Shown: positions 24,963 through 34,433, counted from the stretch's first letter. The stretch is DNA of 35,874 nt from an uncultured Mollicutes bacterium (GCA_945923475.1 CAMELE010000001.1:1-35874); one strand, 5' to 3'. Program-made: numbers and translations. The notes: generated by a model not told the origin, from the sequence alone.

Positions 24963-25277
24963 TTAATGAACATCAATACCTTCAACCGCATTTTTGCAAT
25001 TCCAAAGAATATCGAAAGCCTTTGCGATCTCTTCCGTGTTAACTAACTTGGCAGGAGAGAGATCTATTGCGTCAAAAGCTTCTACGACATTGCTTTCTTC
25101 TTCGAGGTCTTCATAATGAATGGTCTTAAAAATATAAGTTTCATCATGACAAATTGCAATCTTATTAACAAAAAGGCAGAAACTATACTTATGATTATCA
25201 CCTTTGCAGATGACAAACTTATCGTGATAGCCATCGTCAAAAACGATTGCATTAATAAACTTCTCCATAATTATCAT
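24963..25277 (-). CDS. hypothetical protein (104 aa)
   Basis: ORF track. Confidence 0.6.
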   Translation of the reverse strand: MIIMEKFINAIVFDDGYHDKFVICKGDNHKYSFCLFVNKIAICHDETYIFKTIHYEDLEEESNVVEAFDAIDLSPAKLVNTEEIAKAFDILWNCKNAVEGIDVH

Positions 25278-25304
25278 TCCCTTTCTTTCATTAACATTTG
25301 TTGC

Positions 25305-25487
25305 TTATTCTTTTACATTTCGAATAAAACTTTCGAGAATTGAAATGTTCAAAGTAAGTTCATCAAGCTCATCGCTATCAATGATACCTTGCCAGTCAAG
25401 CATATCAACATAGGTGTCAATTGTTTCAAGAGCCTCAACTGCGTCTTCCTTAGTAAAGGGCTTTTCTACCAACTTCATAATTATCAT
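25305..25487 (-). CDS. hypothetical protein (60 aa)
   Basis: ORF track. Cassette at 25488-25550. Confidence 0.5.
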   Translation of the reverse strand: MIIMKLVEKPFTKEDAVEALETIDTYVDMLDWQGIIDSDELDELTLNISILESFIRNVKE

Positions 25488-25723
25488 TCCCTTTCTTAAC
25501 TTTCTATATATATTATATATTATTTTTTATAAAAAATCAATAAAACTCTTTTTTGGAGGTATCATACAATCAAGGATTTAGCGTATATAATATAGCCTAT
25601 TCAAGTTTGTTAGCAGAACTATCATACCCACTTATAATCTAACCTTATTGAATAGCGTCCTTGAACAGTATGGACTGAAACTTTATCCTATTGGGGAAGA
25701 GAATGCCCTTCCAGAGTTTTATA

Positions 25724-26041
25724 TTAAGTATTGTGGATATCTACACAACAATACTCGTCAATAAAGAGACTTCTACCTAGGTTTGCAAATTCGCAGTCAA
25801 GCTCGCTGACGGAAAGTCCAGTGTTATCGCGGACAGGCCAAACCTCCCACTCAATGCCTTCCCTTACCTCTTCTTGGTCGTAATCCTCAAAGATATGGGT
25901 ATAACCCTCGATTACGTCATAAGCCAGTTCTCTGCCAATTTCATCGGCTTCTGCGACATTATCAACCTCGAAGACACCACCAGTATTGATACCATGGAGT
26001 CCGCAATAAATATCTTCATAAGCATAAATCATTACAACCAT
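25724..26041 (-). CDS. acidic hypothetical protein (105 aa)
   Basis: ORF track. Confidence 0.6.
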   Translation of the reverse strand: MVVMIYAYEDIYCGLHGINTGGVFEVDNVAEADEIGRELAYDVIEGYTHIFEDYDQEEVREGIEWEVWPVRDNTGLSVSELDCEFANLGRSLFIDEYCCVDIHNT

Positions 26042-26289
26042 TAGATAGTCTCCTTATCAACTTCCATAATCTTTACATAGTAGTCGCCATAGCTGTGAAC
26101 GAAAAACCCATCAAATGAAGGCTTTTTATGATATGAGATAGATTTATTTTTTTCCCAACGTTCTTGCGCTTCCTTTTCTTTCTTTCGTCCTGCTTCAAAA
26201 GCCTTTTCCTCAGTAGAATAAAGGCCAAGCACTGCGGTATCATCACCGCCAAAACTATCATAATGATAACAAAGAGCATAAATAGTCAT
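26041..26289 (-). CDS. hypothetical protein (82 aa)
   Basis: ORF track. Confidence 0.55.
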   Translation of the reverse strand: MTIYALCYHYDSFGGDDTAVLGLYSTEEKAFEAGRKKEKEAQERWEKNKSISYHKKPSFDGFFVHSYGDYYVKIMEVDKETI

Positions 26290-26573
26290 TAATTACATAC
26301 CTCCGTATAATAAGTTCCAAGAGAGCCATCTGCGTTAATCCAAGAGACAATCAGCACGTAAACCATTTCGATGCCGATTGTATCGAAAACGCAGGGGATT
26401 TCAATATTATACTCGCGGATTCGACCCTCGCCCTTAGCCTTAGAGAAAAGAATTTCAACCGCGTTGGCGATATGAATGCCATCCTTAGAAACGAGCATTG
26501 CGTATTCATCATCTTCTGGATCAGTATACTTTCTACCAATTAGATCCCAAAGCTCTACATACATAATTTTCAT
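26289..26573 (-). CDS. hypothetical protein (94 aa)
   Basis: ORF track. Confidence 0.6.
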   Translation of the reverse strand: MKIMYVELWDLIGRKYTDPEDDEYAMLVSKDGIHIANAVEILFSKAKGEGRIREYNIEIPCVFDTIGIEMVYVLIVSWINADGSLGTYYTEVCN

Positions 26574-26661
26574 TTCCTTTCTTAACTTTATATATATATT
26601 ATATTATATTTTTTTATAAAAATAAAATAAGGACTTATGAATTAACATAAGTCCTTATTAT

Positions 26662-27066
26662 TTACTTTAACTCAATAGGTTCAAGTCGATCAACATACTC
26701 TCCCGCAAAAACCTTCAACCAAGGGTTTGCGCGATTAGCCTTTGCGCTTGCAAGGGTTTCATTATACTCTTGGATTTCTTCATAAAGCTCGGTTGCGCCA
26801 AGGTTGTTATCATTATCGGTATAATCCTGTTCAAGTCGCCATTCAAGAGCTTCTCGACGAGCCGTATATTTCTCATAGAGAGCATCACTATATACATTTT
26901 CATTGATAACTGCAATAGTGGAAAATACCACTACAATTCCAAAGATAATCGCGCCAAGTAAGCCGACAATCGAACTAACATAACCAAGAGTAGAATATTT
27001 ATCAAAACCCCAAGCTGCGAGGGCAATAAAGCCCGCAAGCGCAAGAATAAAAACTACATAAAGCAT
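26662..27066 (-). CDS. membrane protein (134 aa, two N-terminal TM helices)
   Basis: MLYVVFILALAGFIALAAWGF...IVGLLGAIIFGIVVVFSTIAV. Confidence 0.65.
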   Translation of the reverse strand: MLYVVFILALAGFIALAAWGFDKYSTLGYVSSIVGLLGAIIFGIVVVFSTIAVINENVYSDALYEKYTARREALEWRLEQDYTDNDNNLGATELYEEIQEYNETLASAKANRANPWLKVFAGEYVDRLEPIELK

Positions 27067-27079
27067 AATTATCTTCTCC

Positions 27080-27286
27080 TTAATGAATAAAATATTGAAT
27101 TACTCCATACACTCCTGATATGGTTGGGAGCGCGGAAATTACAAGTAGAAGAGTTCCGGTAATGATACAAGCATCAATCAGAAACATATCTTCAAAAGGG
27201 TCAGCGCTATCGGCAAGTTTGAAGATATATAAGGCAAGTCTTGCTATAATTAATCCAAGAATAATTTCTACAATAAACTCTACCAT
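27080..27286 (-). CDS. small membrane protein (68 aa)
   Basis: ORF track. Two hydrophobic segments. Confidence 0.5.
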   Translation of the reverse strand: MVEFIVEIILGLIIARLALYIFKLADSADPFEDMFLIDACIITGTLLLVISALPTISGVYGVIQYFIH

Positions 27287-27353
27287 ATATCCTCCTCCTT
27301 AATCTAAGTCATCGAACAAAATAGATAAAATGCCAAGAGCGCAAAAACAAAGA

Positions 27354-27533
27354 ATTATTACTTTAAGCATAGAAGACTGACTGAATGAAACCGACAAACA
27401 GGCAAAGCAACATGCCCATACCGCAGTAATAATACTTCTCATTGAGAGGCATAGTATCATCATTCAGTAGATCCATATACATAAAGCCGAAAAATACTAA
27501 TATAATAAATAGCATAATAATCATTTCTCCCAT
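27354..27533 (-). CDS. small membrane protein (59 aa)
   Basis: MGEMIIMLFIILVFFGFMYMDLLNDDTMPLNEKYYYCGMGMLLCLFVGFIQSVFYA. Below the track cutoff. Confidence 0.4.
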
Positions 27534-28258
27534 ATCTTTTTTCCTCCTCGCTTCTGCTTTCTCTTGGTCGCGGTATCAATCGTTTTTCTATGGACGCTCT
27601 CGATCTTCGCAGTCGGGCCATTTTTCATGAACTGATTCAAGTTCAAAGGGGCGGGGCCAAACACATCTACACAAACATTCTTGTGATAGATATCCGTCTC
27701 TTTATGATTGTGGTCGTGGCCGTGAAGATCGAGAGCCCAGTCCTGCTTAATCGGTTCGTGAGAAAGCATAAGTTTCTCACCAATAATGAGCGCGCCAGGA
27801 AAGACATAATCAAATAATTTATTATCAGCTTTAACTAACCAATATTCAAATGGACGATTAAAAGCATATCCCTCCTCAATTGTATAAATACAATCAGGAT
27901 ATAAACATTTCATTTCCATAAGAGCTTCATCTTTTTGATAAATTTCTTTATCAAATTTTTTCTTCCAAATTTGGCGTTGATAATTTGATGGACCAGAATC
28001 ATGATTACCCATAATTAGTATTTTTAATCCACCTCGTAATTTTTTAACGCACTCAATTTTTCCTACATCACCTAAATGAATTAATACATCCTTTTTTCCA
28101 ACTTTAGAATTAATGCTTTTTATTAATTCATCGGTAGAAAGACGATTACATCCTTTAGCTAATTCTTCATCATCAAAATGAGTGTCTGAAATTACATAAC
28201 AAGATTGATATTCTTTCCATAAATCATTAAAAAATGGATAAATGCCAGGTAAATTCAT
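27521..28258 (-). CDS. calcineurin-like metallophosphoesterase (245 aa)
   Basis: Motifs ISDTHFDD, LGDVG, GNHD, GHDHNH. Start at MNLPG; its AAGGAG RBS overlaps the stop of the gene upstream. Confidence 0.8.
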   Translation of the reverse strand: MNLPGIYPFFNDLWKEYQSCYVISDTHFDDEELAKGCNRLSTDELIKSINSKVGKKDVLIHLGDVGKIECVKKLRGGLKILIMGNHDSGPSNYQRQIWKKKFDKEIYQKDEALMEMKCLYPDCIYTIEEGYAFNRPFEYWLVKADNKLFDYVFPGALIIGEKLMLSHEPIKQDWALDLHGHDHNHKETDIYHKNVCVDVFGPAPLNLNQFMKNGPTAKIESVHRKTIDTATKRKQKRGGKKIWEK

Positions 28259-28263
28259 TAGTA

Positions 28264-29163
28264 TCACTCCTTTTGTAAATATTTATTACCAAGTAATAAG
28301 TCTAAAGTAATGTTATCACGTTCCCAATAAGGGATCCTTACTAAAGAAATATTATGAGATAAAGCATAATCATTTTTTATTTTATCTCGTTTTTGTGTAG
28401 CTTCTAATTCTCCCCAAGTAGGAACTTCCATAAAATGTTGTTCTCCGTCAAATTCAATTAATCTATTATAATCAGGTAAATAAAAGTCATATCTTAAATT
28501 ACCTAAATTTTTATATTTATATTCTTTAATATAAGTAATATTATTTTCAGATAAAATATTACTTATATGGTATTCTCCAAGAGACGTTTTTAAACAACCA
28601 CAAGAAATTTTTCTTCCACTTAATAAAGATTTACTTGAAGTATCACATTCATTACCACAATCACATCGACAATGCCAAATAATACGGTTATTTTTTCTTT
28701 CAGGTTGTTCAAATAATACAGTTAATTTACCAAAACGCTAACCAATTAAATCTTTTTTAGTTAAATTAGCTACCATTTCTTTATGTAAACACCCACAAGA
28801 CTATGTATTTCCAGTGGTTAAATCGTTAGTTGCATAATAAACAATATTACCACATTCGCATTGGCATTCCCAAATAATACGGTTATCTTTTCTTTTACCA
28901 GAATCTTTAATAACAGTTAAACGTCCAAATTTTTGGCCTACTAAATCTTTTTTGGTATTATTACTTGCTACTTCTTTCCTATAACAACCGCAAGATTTAG
29001 TGCTACCATTTCTTAACCTATTTAAACTAATACTTTTTATATTACCACAATCACACTAACATTTCCAATAAGTAGAACTATGTGTTTTAGTTTTTTCTAC
29101 ATCTATTTCTAAAGCAGTTAGACGTCCAAATTTCTAACCACTTATATCCTTATATTTTCCCAT
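28264..29163 (-). CDS. HNH-type homing endonuclease-like protein: three tandem zinc-finger modules (G-Q-[KR]-F-G-[RK]-L-T ... W-x-C-x-C-x-C-G-N ... S-C-G-C) plus a C-terminal PD-(D/E)XK-like (Vsr/DUF559-like) domain; 299 aa with four in-frame TAG codons
   Basis: Minus-strand translation MGKYKDISG*KFGRLTAL...YWKC*CDCGN...; second module DLVGQKFGRLTVI...IIWECQCECGN uses CAA at the same positions; third DLIG*RFGKLTVL...IIWHCRCDCGN. C-terminal YDFYLPDYNRLIEFDGEQHF. 900 nt, an exact multiple of 3, ends TGA. Confidence 0.75.
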
Positions 29164-29174
29164 TTATATCCTCC

Positions 29175-29450
29175 TTAAAACATATAGGCATTAAATTTAT
29201 ACATATAGAACTCTCCATCTATAAGACGAAGTTTATCAACTTCTTTATAGAATTCTACTCGCCACCAATCGGGTTTAGGAAGAGGGAGATCATAGTATTC
29301 GATTCGCTGAGTTTCCATAATATCTTCTTCGATTGCGCCTTCAATGAAAGCGAGATATAACTCTTGTATTTCTGCTTCAGAAATATTGGCGAAGGTCCAA
29401 GACTTACCATTCATTTCATCTTCAATTTTATAACAAGTAATTTCTTTCAT
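29175..29450 (-). CDS. hypothetical protein (91 aa)
   Basis: ORF track. Confidence 0.6.
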   Translation of the reverse strand: MKEITCYKIEDEMNGKSWTFANISEAEIQELYLAFIEGAIEEDIMETQRIEYYDLPLPKPDWWRVEFYKEVDKLRLIDGEFYMYKFNAYMF

Positions 29451-29461
29451 AATTATTCTCC

Positions 29462-29782
29462 TTACATTTCAACTGCATCAACGAAATCAATAAAGACATC
29501 ATCGGCGACGTTATTCATCATATCGAGATAAGAAGAGAATTTCTTCGTCCAATCGCCAGTCATCTCGCCGTGGTAAAGATACCAATCATTATCAGGGTCT
29601 TTCTGAATCTCTTCAAACTGACGTTCCATAAGACTATCATCTACCGTATCTCGACAATACTCCATAAACATTTCCTGCATATCGGCTTCGGACGCATTCA
29701 GGAAATAGAAATTATGGTCTCCGGCCGTATCACAAAGAATGCCAATGGAATGAGTTTTAATCTTAGAATTAGAAGTAGTCAT
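29462..29782 (-). CDS. hypothetical protein (106 aa)
   Basis: ORF track. Cassette plus hairpin at 29783-29880. Confidence 0.6.
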   Translation of the reverse strand: MTTSNSKIKTHSIGILCDTAGDHNFYFLNASEADMQEMFMEYCRDTVDDSLMERQFEEIQKDPDNDWYLYHGEMTGDWTKKFSSYLDMMNNVADDVFIDFVDAVEM

Positions 29783-29880
29783 AATTTTTATTTCCTTTCT
29801 TTACTTTATATATATATTATATATTATTTTTTATAAAAAATCAAAAAAGGATTTGCGATTTGCGCAAATCCTTTTAAAAA

Positions 29881-30096
29881 TTAGAGAAGGGGAGCATAAT
29901 TATAATAAATAATCATATCTTCCAATGCATCTTTGTAAAGTTTTGTATCAAATTTACGACAATGGAATCGTTTCTCAACATTCTCTTCAATCGCGGACAT
30001 AGCGATTTCGAGAGCGTCAGATCCACTTATATTTGTAGCGCAATAAATCTCATCACAGAACGCGTCATAAATGAATAAGACAGGCATATGCTTCAT
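29881..30096 (-). CDS. hypothetical protein (71 aa)
   Basis: ORF track. Confidence 0.55.
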   Translation of the reverse strand: MKHMPVLFIYDAFCDEIYCATNISGSDALEIAMSAIEENVEKRFHCRKFDTKLYKDALEDMIIYYNYAPLL

Positions 30097-30154
30097 ATAT
30101 TATTCCTCCATTAATTGATTTTACCCAAAATTTTTGTTATAATATATTTAGAAA

Positions 30155-30400
30155 TTAAAAGATTTCAATCGCGCCTTCAAAAAGATTGAGAAACTCTTCG
30201 GCAGTTTCAGAAGACACGAGAATGCTTGTTGAAGCATTGAATTGCCAATCAATGTAAATAAACGAGAGTGGTCCACCGCCCGCTTCCGCAATTTCCTTTG
30301 CATAAGTTTCAGAATTCGCTGGTCGAATTTCGACGGCATTAATATTGTTAGTATTAATAAGATATTTAAAACCGCGGAAGTTGTGTAAAATTACAATCAT
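30155..30400 (-). CDS. hypothetical protein (81 aa)
   Basis: ORF track. The overlapping 30148..30339 ORF is in another frame and rejected. Confidence 0.55.
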   Translation of the reverse strand: MIVILHNFRGFKYLINTNNINAVEIRPANSETYAKEIAEAGGGPLSFIYIDWQFNASTSILVSSETAEEFLNLFEGAIEIF

Positions 30401-30666
30401 TTGAATGCCTCCTCAGAAATAAAATTTTTGAGTTGTCTTAGAATTGCGGTACCATTAGAATACCTATCATCAAAGACATACTCATAATGAGATTTATCAT
30501 TCATATAAAAGTCAAGTTTTGTTTCAAAAGTTTCAGCAGAAATACTGTCATCATCTGAATTATCCTTGGTAGTATGAGAAACAAGAACTGTGACGATTTC
30601 ATTTACATTGAAGAAAACGCTGTCGCCATTAGACATTTTTAAATAAATTAAATCACCTTTGTTCAT
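30397..30666 (-). CDS. hypothetical protein (89 aa)
   Basis: ORF track. Confidence 0.6.
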   Translation of the reverse strand: MNKGDLIYLKMSNGDSVFFNVNEIVTVLVSHTTKDNSDDDSISAETFETKLDFYMNDKSHYEYVFDDRYSNGTAILRQLKNFISEEAFK

Positions 30667-30667
30667 T

Positions 30668-31267
30668 TTATTTCTCCACGATATAATCTTTCGCTACATC
30701 CGTTCCTTCTGGAATATAAAGATAAGCTCGCGTTGACTTAGAGCAGACAAAGAACCACTCTCTCCAATCGCCATAACGCGGGAGACGCTTCTCAATGTGC
30801 GGAACCTGATTAGAGTAAACAATTACTGTGTCATTCACGGGATGGGTCTCAGTACTCATAATGCCATCAATGCTGAGTGTAAGATAAGTATAATAAACAC
30901 TCTCACCTTCAAAGGCACGGTAAGTATAGATATTGCCATCGTTATCTATACTTGTTAACTCTTGGGCTTCCGTAATCATATAATCATACTTAGAATAGTC
31001 ATCAACAGCCGAAGACATCATAACTCCGCCAAACATGCTTACGGCGAGGTAAAGACAAACGCCGATCCAAAAGGCAGGAATAATTTGACGGAGAATATCA
31101 ACGCGGTCGCGATGAGACCAATTGCGGAAATGCTTAGCCTTAGGATCGGAAAGAGTGCTATAATACCTATAACTACGATAAGCAGAATGAATGGCGAAAA
31201 TCAGAAAAATAATTAAGGTCGGTAGAACAAATCCGCCCACCAGCGTTTTCAAGAAGAAGATAAACAT
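30668..31267 (-). CDS. membrane protein (199 aa, 2-3 TM)
   Basis: MFIFFLKTLVGGFVLPTLIIFLIFAI...IPAFWIGVCLYLAVSMFGGVM. Confidence 0.65.
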   Translation of the reverse strand: MFIFFLKTLVGGFVLPTLIIFLIFAIHSAYRSYRYYSTLSDPKAKHFRNWSHRDRVDILRQIIPAFWIGVCLYLAVSMFGGVMMSSAVDDYSKYDYMITEAQELTSIDNDGNIYTYRAFEGESVYYTYLTLSIDGIMSTETHPVNDTVIVYSNQVPHIEKRLPRYGDWREWFFVCSKSTRAYLYIPEGTDVAKDYIVEK

Positions 31268-31296
31268 ATTTAAAAACTCCTTTAAAGAATAGGTTT

Positions 31297-31390
31297 AAGT
31301 TTATCGCAACAATTGAAATCTCTCATACAGCCATTTTCTTCGTTAAAACAAGAGCAACCTTTCTTGCACGTCTTTTCGAGAGATAACGGA
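31297..31390 (-). pseudogene. duplicated 3'-end fragment of the Cys-rich gene at 32194..32643, lying just downstream of the HNH gene
   Basis: 31301-31335 matches 32219-32253 at 34 of 35 positions, with further similarity beyond. Encodes ...KTCKKGCSCFNEENGCMRDFNCCDKLKPIL*, compared with ...LCYSEENGCMRDFNCCNNIKYILGN* in the intact gene. Confidence 0.55.
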
Positions 31391-32119
31391 TTAGTCGATA
31401 TTATTTCGATTTTTTGACGGAATTAGATCGTCAATAGTTAAATCTTCATATTGTAAATATGAGATACGAATTAATGGTATATTATGTTCTTTGCACCATT
31501 TATTTTTATATTCGTCTCTATCCTAAATTTTTTTAATGTCTTCTCCCCATCCTCCATCTGGTTCTGTATGTTGACGGCCATCATATTCTATAAGATATTT
31601 ATTATCAACATAAAAATCAAACCGCAAAGGATAGTTAGTTTCAGGATTACGACAATCTTTAAATTTTTTTTCCATTTCAAAAGGGATATTATTCTCAGTT
31701 AATAATTGAGAAATTTTTAATTCTCCAATTGAAATTTTTAAACATCCACAAGAATTTACTTTATGAGTTCGTAATTCATAAGGTCTTACGTAGACAATGT
31801 TTCCGCAATCACACTAACACTATATTTTATAAGTGCCACTTGGTGATCTATGATTAAAGTCTCTTTTTATTGCGGTTAATTTACCGAAGCGATGACCTAT
31901 AATATCATCACTTTTATGACGATTCATTCGTTCTTCTTGAATTAAACATCCGCAAGACTTACATCCGCCCGAAGTTAAAAGATTTGTATAAGCGAAATGC
32001 TCTTTACCACAATCACAACGGCATTTCCAAACAATATTACCATGTTTACGTTCAGAAGTTTCTTCTATAACAGTTAGCTTTCCAAAACGCTAACCAATTA
32101 AATTTTGTTTTTTTGCCAT
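31391..32119 (-). CDS. HNH-type homing endonuclease-like protein (paralog of 28264..29163; two zinc-finger modules plus a PD-(D/E)XK-like C-terminus), 242 aa with four in-frame TAG codons
   Basis: MAKKQNLIG*RFGKLTVI...VWKCRCDCGK...CKSCGC...IIGHRFGKLTAI...KI*C*CDCGN...NSCGCL...RFDFYVDNKYLIEYDGRQH...KKI*DRDEYK. 729 nt, an exact multiple of 3, ends TAA. Confidence 0.75.
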
Positions 32120-32193
32120 AAATAAAATCTCCTTTTACAAGTTTTTGCGACTCCCCTTAATATTAAGGAAATTTTATTTATATTTTATGAAAC

Positions 32194-32643
32194 TTAATTG
32201 CCCAAAATATACTTAATATTATTGCAACAATTGAAATCTCTCATACAGCCATTCTCTTCTGAATAACAAAGACAGCCATTTTGGCATGTAGTTTTTACAA
32301 TGTCGGGATTACGGACATTCGTGACGGCTTGCATATTTCCAACGATTTCTCGCTTTTGGATCATTTTTGGCGTGTCGGGAGAAGCATCAAATGCGCAGTT
32401 CACATTTTGTTCACAATTTGCGCATGTGCTAAGTTTTGCGAAACATTTATCGCAATAAGTGTTTCCTTTGTCGTCAATAATCATTTGCTTATGGAAAATT
32501 GGAGTATGACAAACTTTACAAATATACTTAGTGTCGCTAAAGCTATTACAAACGGGCTGATTGGGGTCGGGTGAATATCCTACTATTGGACAAGCGCCAT
32601 TAGACAAAAGGTAAGCGCAATTCTTACATAGGAAAGTCATCAT
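32194..32643 (-). CDS. Cys-rich protein (149 aa, many CxxC pairs)
   Basis: ORF track. Its 3' end is the source of the duplicated fragment at 31297-31390. Confidence 0.65.
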   Translation of the reverse strand: MMTFLCKNCAYLLSNGACPIVGYSPDPNQPVCNSFSDTKYICKVCHTPIFHKQMIIDDKGNTYCDKCFAKLSTCANCEQNVNCAFDASPDTPKMIQKREIVGNMQAVTNVRNPDIVKTTCQNGCLCYSEENGCMRDFNCCNNIKYILGN

Positions 32644-32894
32644 AGCATTTTAGCAGAATATGGAGCATCTTCGCCGTCAAACTTTAGAATTTTATCGGCA
32701 AGATCGTGATTGACGCGCAAAGGGCCATCGTCAAGAGGGGTAAATGCGATAGTGATAAGATCGTCGAAATATTCTTCGGCCCAACGGCCGGCTTCTGCGA
32801 GGGTTTCCGCGAAGATAAAACCGCATGTAAGTCTATCCATTTTATCAGAATTGTCCCAATAGCGTGCTTCATAATAAACAGGGCATTGTTTCAT
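32640..32894 (-). CDS. hypothetical protein (84 aa)
   Basis: ORF track. Confidence 0.6.
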   Translation of the reverse strand: MKQCPVYYEARYWDNSDKMDRLTCGFIFAETLAEAGRWAEEYFDDLITIAFTPLDDGPLRVNHDLADKILKFDGEDAPYSAKML

Positions 32895-32910
32895 ATTTAT
32901 TTTCCTTTCT

Positions 32911-33249
32911 TTAAGAAATTGTAGAGATTAGAAAAATCTCGGGATCATCAAGGCTTTCGATGGGGATTTTGAGAAACTTTGCGTAAGCTCCCTTCATTGT
33001 GTCATTAAGGCGATAATATTCCTGCGGAGCGATGAAAATGTTGTCGATGCGGACGGCCTCGCCAGCGGAAGACTTACCGAGAAGATAGCCGAAGATAGGA
33101 TTTTCGTCATTATCATAGCAGCTTGCGCGATGCCAATAACCTTCCTCGGTGAGCTGTTCAATGGTCTCAGCCATATTATCATAGTTTTCAAGAAGGTTCT
33201 TGGAGACTTTGTAGCCACACACGAGCTTAGAACCAAAATCAACAGACAT
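32911..33249 (-). CDS. hypothetical protein (112 aa)
   Basis: ORF track. Confidence 0.6.
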   Translation of the reverse strand: MSVDFGSKLVCGYKVSKNLLENYDNMAETIEQLTEEGYWHRASCYDNDENPIFGYLLGKSSAGEAVRIDNIFIAPQEYYRLNDTMKGAYAKFLKIPIESLDDPEIFLISTIS

Positions 33250-33250
33250 A

Positions 33251-33448
33251 TTACTTATCCTCCTTAAAAATAGAATTGATAAAAGTGTTATACTCAGTGG
33301 GTTTTACATAATACGCGGTTTTTGTTTCATTATCCCAAAAAACCATCACAAGTTTATCCGACCCAGAATTCTTTACGGAAATTGAATGAATATGGGTCGT
33401 ATTGATGATATGAGTTTGACCTTGATTATCAATAAGTTTAGCAAGCAT
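33251..33448 (-). CDS. hypothetical protein (65 aa); last gene of the minus-strand block
   Basis: ORF track. Promoter/leader cassette at ~33455-33520. Confidence 0.55.
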   Translation of the reverse strand: MLAKLIDNQGQTHIINTTHIHSISVKNSGSDKLVMVFWDNETKTAYYVKPTEYNTFINSIFKEDK

Positions 33449-33846
33449 TTTTTATCACCTTTAATAGTTTTTCTTTATTTTATATTTATATTATATATTA
33501 AAATTTAATAAAAATCAATAAATGTTTTTTGAATTAAATAAAAAATAAACCGCGCTTGGGCAAACATATTAAATGTAATTAAAATAGGTAAAAATTGTAG
33601 GCAATTTTTCATAGTCGCCTATGTGGATATTAGAGATCGCTATGCTTAGGACAGAAGGAATATTAGACGGGAAAACCGCGTTAGTTAAAATTGTAGAAAA
33701 TTTTTACCATTTTGTATTAAAATGTAAGACAAATTATTACTTTTAGAAAAATATTTAAAAATTTGTGGGCAAACGCAATTAAAAGTATTAAAAAAATTTT
33801 TATTTATTATAGAACAATTAAAAAGAAAAGGAGGAGGACTTATAAA

Positions 33847-34404
33847 TTGACTAAAAAGGAATTGATAACTTTTTTCCACGACAAATACTATTATAAGAAA
33901 GGTAGTATGAGAGCGGTTAAAGATATTGAATAGATTGCTGAAAAGGAACATTATCAAGTTATAAAAAATAGTCCTGATAATTATGATTTATATGAAACAG
34001 GAGCGGTATTAGATTTTACTAAACCTATTAAAATAAATAGAGAGATCCCGCCTTTGGCTTCACATAAAGCATATAATGGAGTTCCGCTTTATTTATTTAC
34101 ATACACATTCGCTTATTATATTAACTTTGAGTTATGGTGTTATGTAATGAATAAAAAGAATGGAGATTATATTCATTTCAATGATATTTTAAATACAGAT
34201 ATTTAGTATTGTAAAGATATAGAAGATATTGTATTTAATTTTGACTTATTAGTTCATCATGGATACCTAAGAGAGCGTAAAGATTGTCTCGAATTTTATG
34301 CTTATCCGATTAAAGATGGAATTCAACTTCCATTAGATTATATTTTTCAATCGGAAGATAATAAAAAAGTATCAAGATTGGCTCCATTTAAATATTTAGA
34401 ATAA
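33847..34404 (+). CDS. hypothetical protein (185 aa) with two in-frame TAG codons; first gene of the plus-strand block
   Basis: AAAAGGAGGAGGA RBS, then TTG 8 nt later (an in-frame ATG at 33907 is an alternative). Open through two TAGs to TAA at 34402-34404. No standard-code ORF exists here. Confidence 0.5.
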
Positions 34405-34433
34405 TATTTTAATTGCTTAAAGGAGTCGCTAAT

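Noticed and set aside
7144-27817. Antisense or embedded track ORFs inside larger genes, such as 7144..7380, 7385..7591, 17339..17890, 19445..19921, 21558..22328, 24362..24835, 24450..25046, 26073..26279, 27590..27817 and 32994..33242
   Set aside because: Each lies entirely within and opposite, or in another frame of, a better-supported gene with start, RBS and cassette. Shadow ORFs typical of AT-rich DNA.
3130-33520. Considered whether the ~18 near-identical ~55-bp repeats constitute a CRISPR array
   Set aside because: The repeats are kilobases apart, separated by protein-coding genes. They decompose into -35/-10/RBS elements directly upstream of start codons, and no cas genes are present. 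These are promoter cassettes, not CRISPR repeats.
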